A stretch of 64,000 nucleotides of DNA from Opitutales bacterium (GTDB lineage: Bacteria > Verrucomicrobiota > Verrucomicrobiia > Opitutales > PNEW01). Positions 10,598 to 21,800 of this stretch are shown here, piece by piece; within the stretch, counting starts at the first letter, position 1; every line of letters begins with the position of its first letter. The DNA lies in the NCBI GenBank assembly GCA_965197745.1, contig CBDANS010000007.1, forward strand, positions 736,001 to 800,000. The letters are read 5' to 3'. The notes under the pieces are model-generated. The model was not told the origin of the DNA. It saw nothing but the letters and a program-made list of their open reading frames with translations, and made no database searches. Position numbers and translations under genes: made by a program.

Positions 10598-10873
10598 TTA
10601 AACAGAAGCTTTAAAGGCTGCACCTGGCTTGAATTTAACAGACCTGGATGCTTTTATTTTAATCTTATCTCCGGTTTGAGGATTTATACCGGTTCGAGCA
10701 GATCGTTTAGAAACAGAAAAAGTTCCGAAACCAATTAACTGTACGGATTTCTCCTTTTTTACTCCCTTTTTAATACTATCCAATACAGCGTCAACGGAAC
10801 GTTCGGCTGCAGCTTTGGAAGTATCGCCACCGAGTGATTTTTGGACTTGAGCAACTAACTCAGCTTTATTCAT
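10598..10873 (-). CDS. hup: HU family DNA-binding protein
   Basis: MNKAELV...LIGFGTF...RTGINPQTG. Confidence 0.96.
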   Translation of the reverse strand: MNKAELVAQVQKSLGGDTSKAAAERSVDAVLDSIKKGVKKEKSVQLIGFGTFSVSKRSARTGINPQTGDKIKIKASRSVKFKPGAAFKASV

Positions 10874-11156
10874 AGAATGACTCCTTTAAGAATTTATAAG
10901 ATATTCAGAATTGAACGAACAGATATGAATTGGTTTAAAATAAATTGCGTCAATAAAATTCATAACTAATTTTAATATTTTTTTAAATATTTGGATGGGG
11001 CGCTTTCCCTTTGTCCTTGCGATAAGCGGAGCGACCATGTTATTCAGTAGGTTGAATAGCTTGTTGCAGTTTAAGGATGTACTTTACAACTTTTACTTAT
11101 GTGTGCTGATAAATTTTCTTACTGAAACCTAAGACCTAAAACTTCACACAGAAAAT

Positions 11157-12101
11157 CTAAGGATTTTCTTTTTTTTGATTCTTTTTGAAAAAAACCACCG
11201 GCGTATCGTTAGGCTCGAGGGAGAGACCTGACAGATTTTCGACAGTTCGTTTTTTCAAAAGCGCATGACCAATCCAGGACTTGCCATCATAAGCTGCACT
11301 GCATAGTTGTCCGACGACACTTTCCTGATCATACAGATCGCAGGGAAGCGTGGGGGGTATAGGGATCTCACCGTGAATAGAGTAAATTTTACGTTGAACC
11401 TGGCCCATGGAATGTAAGCGCGCCATTACTTCCTGACCAAGGAAGCAGCCTTTGTCGAATGAGATGGTGTCAATCTCCAGGGCCCCTTCCTGGGGTAAGT
11501 CATCTGGCCCTATGTCATTCGGTATAGCGGGGATACATGATTTCAAACGTTCACAGTGAAGATCTTCATCGGAAGCCCAGGACACCGCCTCACTATCGCC
11601 GAACGCTTCAATTTGAGATTTAATGGCTTCAATTTGAGCGATAGGAAGAATGAGATCGTAATTGTCCTGCGTGGAGCGTCTGCCGTGTATAAGGTATTTA
11701 CCGGATAATTCACCAAAAGATCCAGTACTCGGCTCATTAAGTCCGATTTGATGGAGAAAAAATGCGGCATTTTTACCCCAACAGGAGATGGCAGCTACCG
11801 TTGAAGTGAGATCTTCTAACTCCACCTCATCAGCGATTATGTTCTCTTCCAATTTATCGAGAATCGAACGTGCTGGGCAAAAGTAGCTGAATAACAGGTA
11901 TCGGTTTTCGTCAGTCTGGAATATAAAACTATCGGCAATGGTCTTGCCTTTTCGAGTGAGCCAGAGTCCATAGATGACCGGCTGCGGATTTTCCCGTTGC
12001 AGATCATTGCTGAACTGACTTTGTAAAAAAAATGACGCATCCTCACCCGTAACCCTTATCCAGGCAGCTGGTTGATACTGATAGAAAAATGTGATGCTCA
12101 T
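11157..12101 (-). CDS. ygfZ: Folate-binding YgfZ/GcvT-like protein
   Basis: KGCFLGQE signature. Confidence 0.88.
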   Translation of the reverse strand: MSITFFYQYQPAAWIRVTGEDASFFLQSQFSNDLQRENPQPVIYGLWLTRKGKTIADSFIFQTDENRYLLFSYFCPARSILDKLEENIIADEVELEDLTSTVAAISCWGKNAAFFLHQIGLNEPSTGSFGELSGKYLIHGRRSTQDNYDLILPIAQIEAIKSQIEAFGDSEAVSWASDEDLHCERLKSCIPAIPNDIGPDDLPQEGALEIDTISFDKGCFLGQEVMARLHSMGQVQRKIYSIHGEIPIPPTLPCDLYDQESVVGQLCSAAYDGKSWIGHALLKKRTVENLSGLSLEPNDTPVVFFKKNQKKENP

Positions 12102-12108
12102 CTAAAAT

Positions 12109-12301
12109 AGTCAAAAGGTCAAAAAGTCAAAAAGTCAAAAAGGAATGGGTGGTCATGTATTTAATATAAAAATGGAGGGCCATGCTCCGTCATGGCCGCC
12201 AAAAATAATCGGTGTCTGGCAATAATAATTTCTAACTTTATCTCGGACACAAGGGAGTGCGTCCCTCCAGGATAAGTCATTCCGACTTTTGACCTTAGAC
12301 T
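12109..12301. repeat. GTCAAAAR arm / TTTGAC arm enclosing a GGAG-footed REP doublet
   Basis: Octamer x4 at 12109-12141; REPs at 12173-12199 and 12244-12269; right arm 12283-12301. Confidence 0.8.
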
Positions 12302-12391
12302 CCACCCTCACAGGGATTTTATCTTGCCCCGGGCTTGTTAAAGAATCAGGATTGATAGTTTGTCATTATATCAATTTAAGTAATTCAGACG

Positions 12392-13459
12392 ATGCCCCAG
12401 GTAACAGATATAAATGTTGTATCCACGACCCCGCTTCCCTCACCGCAATCATTTGTAAATGAGGTCGCTCGATCTGAGGAGGAAGCGGCATTTGTTGCCG
12501 ATGCCCGCAAAAAGATTCATAAGATTATTTTTGGTGGTGATAAACGACTTCTTGTCATCGTAGGCCCTTGCTCAATACACGATGTGAGTGTAGGGCTGGA
12601 ATATGCCCAACGACTGGCTGAGCTATCAAAAAGAGTTTCCGACCGGATCTATCTTGTTATGCGCGTCTACTTTGAAAAACCACGCACCACGGTTGGGTGG
12701 AAGGGGCTTATTATGGATCCGAAGATAGACGGAACCTGTGATATACCGGCCGGTCTTTTAATAGCGCGCCAATTTCTTCGGGATGTTATCAAATTGGGCA
12801 TGCCGACCGCCACGGAACTTCTCGACCCCATCACACCACAATATATCGCCGACTATATCTGTTGGTCGGCAATCGGTGCCCGTACCGCTGAATCTCAAAC
12901 CCATCGCCAGATGGCATCGGGTTTATCTATGCCCCTGGGCATTAAAAACGGGACAGGAGGCAGTTTGCAAGTAGCAGTCAATGCCATCAAGGCTGCCATC
13001 CATTCACAGACTTTTCTCGGTATTGATCAAAAGGGACAGGCTGCTGCAGTCACGACCCGAGGTAACCCTAACTGTCATATTATATTGCGTGGCAGTCAAA
13101 ATGGGACCAATTACCATCGTCAGGATATTTCGGAGACAGAGAAAATACTTGGCGACAATAAACTGATCCCCGCCATCATGGTTGACGCCAGTCATGATAA
13201 CAGCGGTAAAGATCACACAAAACAACCAGCCGTCATTCACGAGATCGTCGAGCAGATCAACGAGGGGTGCGAAACCATCATCGGCGTCATGTTAGAGAGT
13301 AATCTCAAGGGTGGAAGACAGAATATCCCCGATAAACGTGAAGAAATCATCTATGGGCAGTCTATCACCGACGCTTGTATTGATTGGGAAACAACTGAGG
13401 CGCTCATTCTTGAAACCTATTCTGCCCTGGAAAGTCGGTTTTCACCCGTTGTCTCATAA
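12392..13459 (+). CDS. DAHP synthase class I (AroF/G/H type)
   Basis: GPCSIHD, RVYFEKPRTTVGWKG, IGARTAESQTHR, SITDAC. Confidence 0.97.
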   Translation: MPQVTDINVVSTTPLPSPQSFVNEVARSEEEAAFVADARKKIHKIIFGGDKRLLVIVGPCSIHDVSVGLEYAQRLAELSKRVSDRIYLVMRVYFEKPRTTVGWKGLIMDPKIDGTCDIPAGLLIARQFLRDVIKLGMPTATELLDPITPQYIADYICWSAIGARTAESQTHRQMASGLSMPLGIKNGTGGSLQVAVNAIKAAIHSQTFLGIDQKGQAAAVTTRGNPNCHIILRGSQNGTNYHRQDISETEKILGDNKLIPAIMVDASHDNSGKDHTKQPAVIHEIVEQINEGCETIIGVMLESNLKGGRQNIPDKREEIIYGQSITDACIDWETTEALILETYSALESRFSPVVS

Positions 13460-13493
13460 TATTTTTATCAATCGTTAAAGTATAATATAATAG

Positions 13494-14477
13494 ATGAAAG
13501 AACCCATACGCGTTGGTGTTACTGGAGCCGCCGGACAAATCGGCTATGCTCTCCTCTATAGAATAGCTTCTGGCGCCATGTTTGGACCGGAACAACCCGT
13601 CAGTTTAAATCTTATCGAAATACCACCTGCCATGGATGCCTTGAATGGGGTTGTGATGGAACTGGCAGATTGTGCGTTCCCCCTTCTCAAGGACATTGTA
13701 CCCACTTCAGATCTCGATGAGGGTTTCAAGAATGTCAATTGGTGCCTGCTCGTAGGGAGTGTGCCGCGTAAAGCGGGAATGGAGCGCAAAGACCTGCTGG
13801 GTATTAATGGAAAGATTTTTGTCGGTCAGGGAAATGCCATTGAAAAAAATGCGGCTGGCGATGTCCGCGTGCTCGTCGTGGGCAACCCCTGCAATACCAA
13901 TTGCCTCATTGCCATGAATAATGCGCGCAGCATACCCTCCGATCACTGGTTTGCAATGACGCGTCTCGACGAAAATCGAGCTCGCTACCAGCTCGCCGAC
14001 AAAGCGGGCGTGGCTATCTCATCGGTTAGCAACATGACCATCTGGGGGAATCATTCCGCGACCCAGTACCCGGATTTTTACAATGCGAGAATCAACGGTA
14101 ACAGCGCTTTTGAAGTAATAGATGATGAAAAATGGCTTAAGGATGAATTTATCCCTATCGTGCAGCAGCGCGGAGCAGCCATTATTAAAGCGCGCGGCGC
14201 TTCATCTGCGGCTTCAGCTGCTAACGCCATTGTTGGTACTGTCATGTCGCTTACCACCCAGGGATCCGACGATGACTGGAATAGTGTGGCCGTCTGCTCG
14301 GATGGTAGCTATGGGACCCAATCAGGATTAATTACCTCTTTCCCTGTTCGCAGTGATGGGGATAAGTGGGAAATCGTCCAAGGGTTACCGGTTAATGACT
14401 ACAGTCGCACTAAAATCGACGCTTCCGTGGCTGAATTAGCTGAAGAGCATTCGATGGTTTCTGAATTATTGTCATAA
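13494..14477 (+). CDS. mdh: Malate dehydrogenase
   Basis: [35 protein letters not shown]. Confidence 0.97.
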   Translation: MKEPIRVGVTGAAGQIGYALLYRIASGAMFGPEQPVSLNLIEIPPAMDALNGVVMELADCAFPLLKDIVPTSDLDEGFKNVNWCLLVGSVPRKAGMERKDLLGINGKIFVGQGNAIEKNAAGDVRVLVVGNPCNTNCLIAMNNARSIPSDHWFAMTRLDENRARYQLADKAGVAISSVSNMTIWGNHSATQYPDFYNARINGNSAFEVIDDEKWLKDEFIPIVQQRGAAIIKARGASSAASAANAIVGTVMSLTTQGSDDDWNSVAVCSDGSYGTQSGLITSFPVRSDGDKWEIVQGLPVNDYSRTKIDASVAELAEEHSMVSELLS

Positions 14478-14725
14478 TTCACAACATCGTTAGTCAAAAA
14501 TGGAGAAAATCTAAGGATTTATTTTTTGGAGAGCCACATGGTGCCTGTCAGCCATAGCCCCGCGGTTGCCGGTTGCGGGGCGACGGTTGATTGTGGCCGA
14601 CAGGGATATTTAATACCGACGGTGTTAATCCTACTCTATCCGCGGACGCGACGAAGCGCGTCCCTCCATTAAAACGCATCACCGCATTCACGCATTTACG
14701 CGTATACCTTTTGACTAATAGACGG

Positions 14726-15571
14726 TCATCTCCCGAAGAGCATCTTCCCTAACATTTGCCAGATACTCATTCCTCCGCCTTGCTGTTGCTGTTGACCTTG
14801 GCTCTGGCTGCTTCCACTGCTGCTTCCGCTGCCTCCTCCTTGTCCGCTCTGCCCTCCACCACTCGAAGCGCTCTGTGAACTCTGACTGTTGCTCTGGTTC
14901 TGGTTTGAAGAAGAATTATTCTGCATTTGACCCATTTGACCGCCGATCTGCTGGATCTGTTGCTGGCCGGACATCGAGTTGGGTTGACCGGGCATGCCAC
15001 CTATAGGTTGACCCGAATCACTGCTTTGTTCGCCCATGACTTGAGTCCCTAGCGCTCTACTTGAGGGATCCGCCGTAATAATTTGGCCCCCTTCCATGTT
15101 TCGCGAACCTGAAGCTGCACCCATCGCTCCACCATCGATCTCGGCTACCTGCAGTCCCTCCTGATCCATATCGCTACCGCTGCCTCCAAGAGCCTGTTCA
15201 AACATATCATGATTAAATTGCCACACATAGATCTCGCTATTTTGCAGATTGGGGTTTTCGAAGGTTGCCAGATCAACAATGTCCTGGAGTTCAAAGCTTT
15301 TCTGTTCTGCTGTCAGGTAATCTTCAACGGGTCCAAAATAGTAAGTGAGATTTTCGTGACTGTACCTGATATAATAACCCTCCACATCAGGAATGTCACT
15401 GGATACATCAATGCCTGGGTACTTCTCCTGGAATTTATCAATAGATAAACGGCCACTGTCATAGATCGCCTCTATCGGTAAAATGAGAGACTTGCCGAGG
15501 AGTGCCGTTACTCCGGAGAAAATAAAAATTCCAATACCGGCTGCTCTGATTAAATTATATATTAAATCCAT
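14726..15571 (-). CDS. Hypothetical exported protein with a Gly/Ser/Gln-rich tail
   Basis: Start moved to the in-frame ATG at 15571 to avoid overlapping the upstream gene; hydrophobic N-terminus. Confidence 0.7.
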   Translation of the reverse strand: MDLIYNLIRAAGIGIFIFSGVTALLGKSLILPIEAIYDSGRLSIDKFQEKYPGIDVSSDIPDVEGYYIRYSHENLTYYFGPVEDYLTAEQKSFELQDIVDLATFENPNLQNSEIYVWQFNHDMFEQALGGSGSDMDQEGLQVAEIDGGAMGAASGSRNMEGGQIITADPSSRALGTQVMGEQSSDSGQPIGGMPGQPNSMSGQQQIQQIGGQMGQMQNNSSSNQNQSNSQSSQSASSGGGQSGQGGGSGSSSGSSQSQGQQQQQGGGMSIWQMLGKMLFGR

Positions 15572-15581
15572 CTGATGATTT

Positions 15582-16340
15582 TCAGATATCGGAAGGAATA
15601 GTATCGCCTTCCTCCATACCCAGTGACTGACCCTTATTTTTACCAACCATGGGTTTCTTTGGATTTGTGGCACCGGCATCAGTTTGAATACTTTCGTTGT
15701 CGGTTCCCTCCATTTTGATGATATCAATCATCTCCGAAGGATCGCCCACTGACACTTTTGCCATTACGGGTCTTCCCGATTGGCCCATCTGCCCGGGTCC
15801 GCCTTGCTGGCTTTCTTCATCCGCAGTATTTCCACCCTGCTGTTCCTCCAAGGATTCCTCACCAGTGCCTCCCATACCTTCCTGTTCTTCGGCCTCAGCG
15901 AGCGCTGACTCATCGACTTCTTCCAATTCTCCTCCTAAAGCGCCTTCAGTATCTTCTTCGATCATTTCAGATTCGTCGCCAAATCCTGATCCTTCTTCTC
16001 CTTCCTCACCTTCTTTGCCTTCCTGGTCGCCTTCACCTTGTCCTTCACCTTCGCCTTGCTTTTCACCTTCCCCTTTTTGATGCTTACTGCTTTCTTTACC
16101 TTCGACTCCCTGGTTCTGTTGCTGACGGCCTTCAGTATTCATGGGACCGGGGATACCCATTTGGGGCCTTTTCTGCAGTATTTTCGCTAAAGATGACATC
16201 GGGCTTTTTTCTGGGGGAATTTGTGAGCCGTCAAAAATGTCAGGGTCCGGTGCCGGCACAAACTGCGCCATCGCTAGTCCTGACCAGGAAAAGGCCAAGA
16301 CGATCAATAGTGTTGGCAATTTAAATGTATTTATACGCAT
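15582..16340 (-). CDS. Hypothetical secreted Glu/Gly-rich disordered protein
   Basis: Signal-peptide-like N-terminus (AMA-Q) and acidic low-complexity core. Confidence 0.75.
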   Translation of the reverse strand: MRINTFKLPTLLIVLAFSWSGLAMAQFVPAPDPDIFDGSQIPPEKSPMSSLAKILQKRPQMGIPGPMNTEGRQQQNQGVEGKESSKHQKGEGEKQGEGEGQGEGDQEGKEGEEGEEGSGFGDESEMIEEDTEGALGGELEEVDESALAEAEEQEGMGGTGEESLEEQQGGNTADEESQQGGPGQMGQSGRPVMAKVSVGDPSEMIDIIKMEGTDNESIQTDAGATNPKKPMVGKNKGQSLGMEEGDTIPSDI

Positions 16341-16830
16341 CGTTTATGGAATTCCTACTTATTATCTTAGAAAAGAATGAAGGACCATTAGTTCCTCAAT
16401 ATATTAAATATTAAGATTTATCTCACTGGCAAATAATAAGTACGATTCTTCGCTCACATCTTCGTCTTTGCTTGCCACGGCGTAGTCTCGCGATCGCGAG
16501 ACGAAGACGGGTCTGCCTCCACGTTCTGGTCCTTGGATTGAGATAGCCACATAAGGCACTACCGAGCGAAGTGAGATCTTCCAAAAGCACAAATCAAGAA
16601 AGTATATCGAGTCTTAATATTTTCCTAAAAAATTCCTATATATTGTATGATCATGCTCCTAAGCGGACGCGACGGAGCGCGTCCCTCCAGAAAAGGAAAA
16701 AATGGAGGGCCACGCTCCGTCGTGGCCGCTTGGAAGTTTGAGAAACTGTCTTAGATTTAATACCTATGATTTAGTAATTAAGGTAAAAGAATACACAGAC
16801 CAAGACGAATATTAAACAAAGCCGTCCTAC

Positions 16831-18555
16831 TCACATACGCTCATTGCAGACAACTTCGATGATGGGCAAATCGCGGCCGGAGCGTACTCGCACCTCATAA
16901 ATAACTTCCTGGTACCCTTTTCGGCGTCCACGGACAATGTAATTTCCGGGTAAAAAGCTTTCGGTCTGTTGTCCCTTGAATTTACCGAGCATCTTATAAC
17001 CGGATACACTCACCCAGGTTTGGCCGTCGGAGGCAAAGACCAGTTGTGAGGGTCTGCTTTGATCTTTCAGGAGCTTTTGAAGTCCACGAGCTCTGTCATC
17101 GAGCGATAAGTAATCAGGTTTAAGAGCCATCGCCGCGTTAAAATCTCTAATCGCCTCTTGATACTCGCCACTGGCTGCTTTTTCCTCCGCGATCTCTAGA
17201 AAATTCTCAAAACGAAGAATCGCGCGAATAATCTTACCCGCCTGGACCAGACCTTCGGTCGCCTCGTCGTGGCCACTCTCTATATCGAGGACTTCCTGGT
17301 AGGCATCGCGCGCCTTGTACCAATCGTACTCATTTTCATAATAGCGCGCTCTGTCCAGAGCATCGTTTATAAGGTATTGGCGCTTTAACTCTTTTGTCTT
17401 GGCGATAGCATCTTTCGGGTCTGTGCGATCGGGGTAAACTTTATAAGCCGCCTCATAATGTTTGATAGCTTCATCCCAAGACTTATCTTCGACCGCGCTT
17501 TCCGCGTATTCTAATAATTGGTCGTATTTATTGTCCTTAATTGTTTTCGCGAGCCGGTATTTTCCCTGTTGCGCTTTAATCGACAACGGATCGATTTCAA
17601 ATGCCTCCTCGTAGGCAACAAGAGCCTCATCGAGATTCCCTTTTTTCTCCTGTATTTCGGCCTTACCGAGGAGCGGATACACCTGGTCGATGGTCTGAGC
17701 ACGAGTCAGGTTATTCGAGGCCAATTCGATGTCCGGTTGAAGCCTGAGAATATCTTCAAATAAAGTGATGGCTGTATCTTTGTCACCTGAGGACAGTGCT
17801 TTTTTCCCATTCAATTCCAATACCGACAATTTAGTGATAATCTTGTTTTCCATGGTTTTCATGGCACCAATACCGGCAGTAAAAGAATTTAATGCATCAT
17901 TGAATATCCCAGCCTCATAAGCGTTTCGTCCTTCCTCACCATATTTCACCGCTATTTCAAATTCGAAAGGGGCGAGCATGCGGATTTTTTCATTTTCTTC
18001 GATAAGAACGAGAAATTCATCGTAACGGGTAGTTGCCTGCTCCTTGAGCGCGATGAGCGCTTTAAATTCCTCGATCAGTACCTGGATACGGTCATATACT
18101 TCCATTGCCTGAGGATAAGAACCGGAATCGATATATTTATCAGCTAATTCAAAATCGTTTTCAATAACGAGAAGTTTGCGCAATAAGGTTTCATGTTCAT
18201 CGGTGAGCTTTTTTACAATCTCAAGCGCACTGTTGGCTTCAGCGCGGAATCGATCAACGCGTTCACGGCTGACGAACCGGTATTTCGTTCTTTCGGTGCC
18301 CAGGGGTGTACTATCCAAAGCTTCCTGGGTGGCTTTGGTATCGTCATCCTGTAATGTTTCTCGCAAACCGGGAATGGGGATGAATAAAATTATCGCTATG
18401 GCGATCAATAGACCCCCACCAATGAAGATGATGGTTTTTTTTGACTTTTTTTTCGGTTCTTTCTCCGGAGGAGAACCGTGAGTCTCTTCAGGGTTCCAAT
18501 GAACGATCTTGCGACGTTTTACCCTACCCATTTCCTGTTCACTATCGTCACTCAT
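16831..18555 (-). CDS. Membrane-anchored TPR-repeat protein with a small C-terminal beta (PEGA-like) domain
   Basis: One TM segment, TPR-like helices, PGNY..RG.RKGY tail. Confidence 0.8.
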   Translation of the reverse strand: MSDDSEQEMGRVKRRKIVHWNPEETHGSPPEKEPKKKSKKTIIFIGGGLLIAIAIILFIPIPGLRETLQDDDTKATQEALDSTPLGTERTKYRFVSRERVDRFRAEANSALEIVKKLTDEHETLLRKLLVIENDFELADKYIDSGSYPQAMEVYDRIQVLIEEFKALIALKEQATTRYDEFLVLIEENEKIRMLAPFEFEIAVKYGEEGRNAYEAGIFNDALNSFTAGIGAMKTMENKIITKLSVLELNGKKALSSGDKDTAITLFEDILRLQPDIELASNNLTRAQTIDQVYPLLGKAEIQEKKGNLDEALVAYEEAFEIDPLSIKAQQGKYRLAKTIKDNKYDQLLEYAESAVEDKSWDEAIKHYEAAYKVYPDRTDPKDAIAKTKELKRQYLINDALDRARYYENEYDWYKARDAYQEVLDIESGHDEATEGLVQAGKIIRAILRFENFLEIAEEKAASGEYQEAIRDFNAAMALKPDYLSLDDRARGLQKLLKDQSRPSQLVFASDGQTWVSVSGYKMLGKFKGQQTESFLPGNYIVRGRRKGYQEVIYEVRVRSGRDLPIIEVVCNERM

Positions 18556-18656
18556 CTCTCTATGTAATCAAATCCTCTTATTAGAAACCCGCTTACCTGA
18601 ATTATTTCAACCTAAATGTCTAATGATTATAATATTAAACAGTTTTTAGAAAACAA

Positions 18657-18871
18657 AGTCAAAAGGTCAATATGGGGAGAAGTGTAAATGCGACAATGTG
18701 AGAATGCGGATAGAGAGAATTCATAGGCGATCCACACTACCGATAGATTCCCCGAACCCCGACTCTTTCTAACGACTCACGCACAACTGAAACCCGACAC
18801 CTGAAACCCTATTCATTCTTCCCTGAACCCTGAACCCCGAATCTTTCGACCTTCGACCTTCGACTTTTGAC
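18657..18871. repeat. Nested inverted 7/8-mer arm element
   Basis: AGTCAAAAGGTCAA left; CTTTCGA CCTTCGA CCTTCGA CTTTTGA right; inner ATGCG octamers and CCTGAAA/CCTGAAC heptamers. Confidence 0.75.
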
Positions 18872-18889
18872 GAAGGGGGACACTACGGT

Positions 18890-21800
18890 TTACCGTTGTC
18901 CACCTTCAAATCGTATCCTCGGATCGAGCCACATGAGGAGAAGATCGCTGACCAGTGTGCCAAATACTCCCAGCATGCTGAGAACCATCAGCATCGAACC
19001 GGCTAAATACATATCTTCGGTCATCAGGGCTTCCAGCATCATTGGGCCCACGGTGGGCAGGCTTAAGACCATCGCCACGATCGCTCCTCCCGATACGAGC
19101 TGCGGAAATAAAATACCTATTCCCGAGATAAAGGGGTTAAGCGCGATCCGTACCGGGTATTTCAAAAGCAGCTTAAACGGTCTTACGCCTTTGGCGATCG
19201 CGGTGACTACATAAGGTTTCTTCAATTCATCGAGTAAATTGCCGCGCATCACCCGGATCATGCTTGCGGTTCCCGTTACCCCCAGGACCACGACCGGCAT
19301 CCAGATATGTTGCATCAGGTCAACTACTTTTCCTCGGGTCCATTCTGGTTGAGTTGCGTACTCGGGTGAAAATAATCCCGTCATACTGATACCGAAATAA
19401 ACGCTGCTCCAGTACATGAGTAATAACGCGAGGAGAAAGCTGGGCACGCACATCCCGATAAACCCGAGAAGGGTGAAAAAGTAATCACCGATCGAATACT
19501 GGCGCACCGCGGAATAAATACCGATGGGTAGGGCGACGGCCCAGGTAAAGAGAACCGAGCCCAGCGAAATTAAAAATGTCAGGAGGATACGGTCGCCCAC
19601 CACTTCATTTACGGGCTTTCGGTTTTGCATGGAAAAACCCATGTGCCCCTGCAGGAGCCCCTGGTCCGCTGGATCAAATGAGAGGAACCAGGGTAAGCCT
19701 AGCCAGTGAATATACTGGTATATGATCGATTCATCGAGGGGAAAGAGCTCACGTAGTTGTTCGGCTTCGGTTATGGCCGTTTGATCGTTCGTTAATTCGG
19801 CTTGTAGTATTTTCAAATCTACAAAATTACCCGGAGGCAATTGGATAATGGTGAAGGCGATGACCGATATGACGAGCAGGGTGGGCACCATGATGAGAAA
19901 ACGCCTCCCGACATAAGGATGCTTTACTCCGACAAGAACCAGTCCGACGACGATACAACCGTAACATAATAGACGGATTAACCGGCTGAGGATTTCACCA
20001 CTACTGAGGTCAGCATGTAATCGGTCAGTTGAATAGGGCGATGGCGCGATATCAACCACCTCTCGCTTGATCTGCGCTATTGCGCCGGGGGAATCCTTCG
20101 GGTTTTCAAAAAAGAAGGTTTCGAATCCGCTGCTGGAAGGGCTCTTATAGAGTGAGGCATAGATGGCTTTACGCGGCACGTTTCTAAAATCTTTCTTAAC
20201 GATCAACACGCTGGGAGGTGATGTCGCAATATTGATATTCCAAAGATTTTCCGCCGCAATATTTTGGATTTTATTATAAATTTTTACCTGCTCCTCAAAT
20301 GTGAGCGCGCTGTAAGCGGCATCAAGCAATTCCATGGATCTTCTCAGGGGGTGACCGATCGGAGGCTCAATGCGACCGGGTTTTTTCGACTCGGGGTCGC
20401 CGTAAAGACCGCCATTTTGGTACCAGAGCGCGTAGCCTGAAGCTTCAATGCTTCCCGGAGAAAAACGATCAATTGAAACTAATGGATGATACTCACCCTC
20501 AACACCCCAGATGTGAAAATCCAATTTGCGGGCGGGCCGTTCTGCATTGAGAAGATTCATGGACCGTACTCTTTCAATGGTATTTAGACCGACCTTTTTC
20601 CAGTCTTCTGCGACAAAAGAGGAGGGGCCTTCGCTGAAATTGGGAACCATGTTTAAATACCATGCCATGCGGGTGCCGTCTTTAAAGGTGCGGAAGCCCT
20701 CGGAATCACGCCCGGTGAGTCCAATTTCATCGAATAGTTGATTGGCGCGTTCGGGGTTGTACTCGATATAACTTTTTTTAAACTTCTCATTGTAAAAGGG
20801 AGATTCTATCCCCGGTGAATTCTGTGACGGTTCTCCATATCCATGGTAAACCGCATCGATGATTTGCTGGCGATTAATGGCGAGGGAGAGAGCTTGACGA
20901 AAACGCTTGTCGTTGAGCAATTCCCATTTATTACGGGTCTTCGGATCATTGGGATCCACGTAGCGATTGAGATTGGGGTATAATGTCCAGTCGGAACAGC
21001 CCGAAGCATACCAGTGGTAGACGTCATAGTTCCCGGCATCACGCTGTGACATAAACAGAGTATAATGAAAATAGTAGATATTAAACCCCTGCATCGTAAT
21101 GGCCCCATTGGCGGCGGCAATGGGGACCAGTCTTTCCGTTTTTACGTCCATCATGAAACGGTCGACATAGGGCAACTGATTTCCCCGGGTGTCGACGGCC
21201 CAGTAATAGGGGTTGCGCACATAAGCCTGGGGAGGATTGGCTTTGTAAGTTCGGTAGATCCAGGGCCAGATGCGGGGGTGCTCCGGGTTGTTGACCAGCT
21301 TTAAGGTAATATAAAGAGCATCTCTTTTGGTTATTTTATTTACCCTCATCATGGCTTCGATGAGATCGCTGTTTCCAAGTATGGGATGATAGGACTCCAG
21401 GTAGTGGCGAGGTGAGAAAAATTCAACGGTCGGAGCCAGGCGCTCAAGCAGCAATGAGTGAGAGACCGGAAAAATAAATTTCACGGTGTGAGAATCTACC
21501 ATGATGATCTCTCCCTTTTTACCCCCCACTTTCATAAAAGCGGGAAACCCGATGATCTCGTCTTTTACTTCGTGCTCCCACCAGTAGAGAATATCACCTG
21601 CGGTGAAAGGATGCCCATCGGACCACTTCATTCCCTTTCGAATGTAAAATGTCCACTCCTTTTTATCGGGAGTGACGTCCCAGCGCTTCGCTATATGAGG
21701 TACAATGGGATACCCCATTGGTGACCACCGCACCAGGCAGGATCCGGACATCCAGGAGTCAATCGCCGTCAGGGTTTGTGGGCTGTTTGTCACCATGTTC

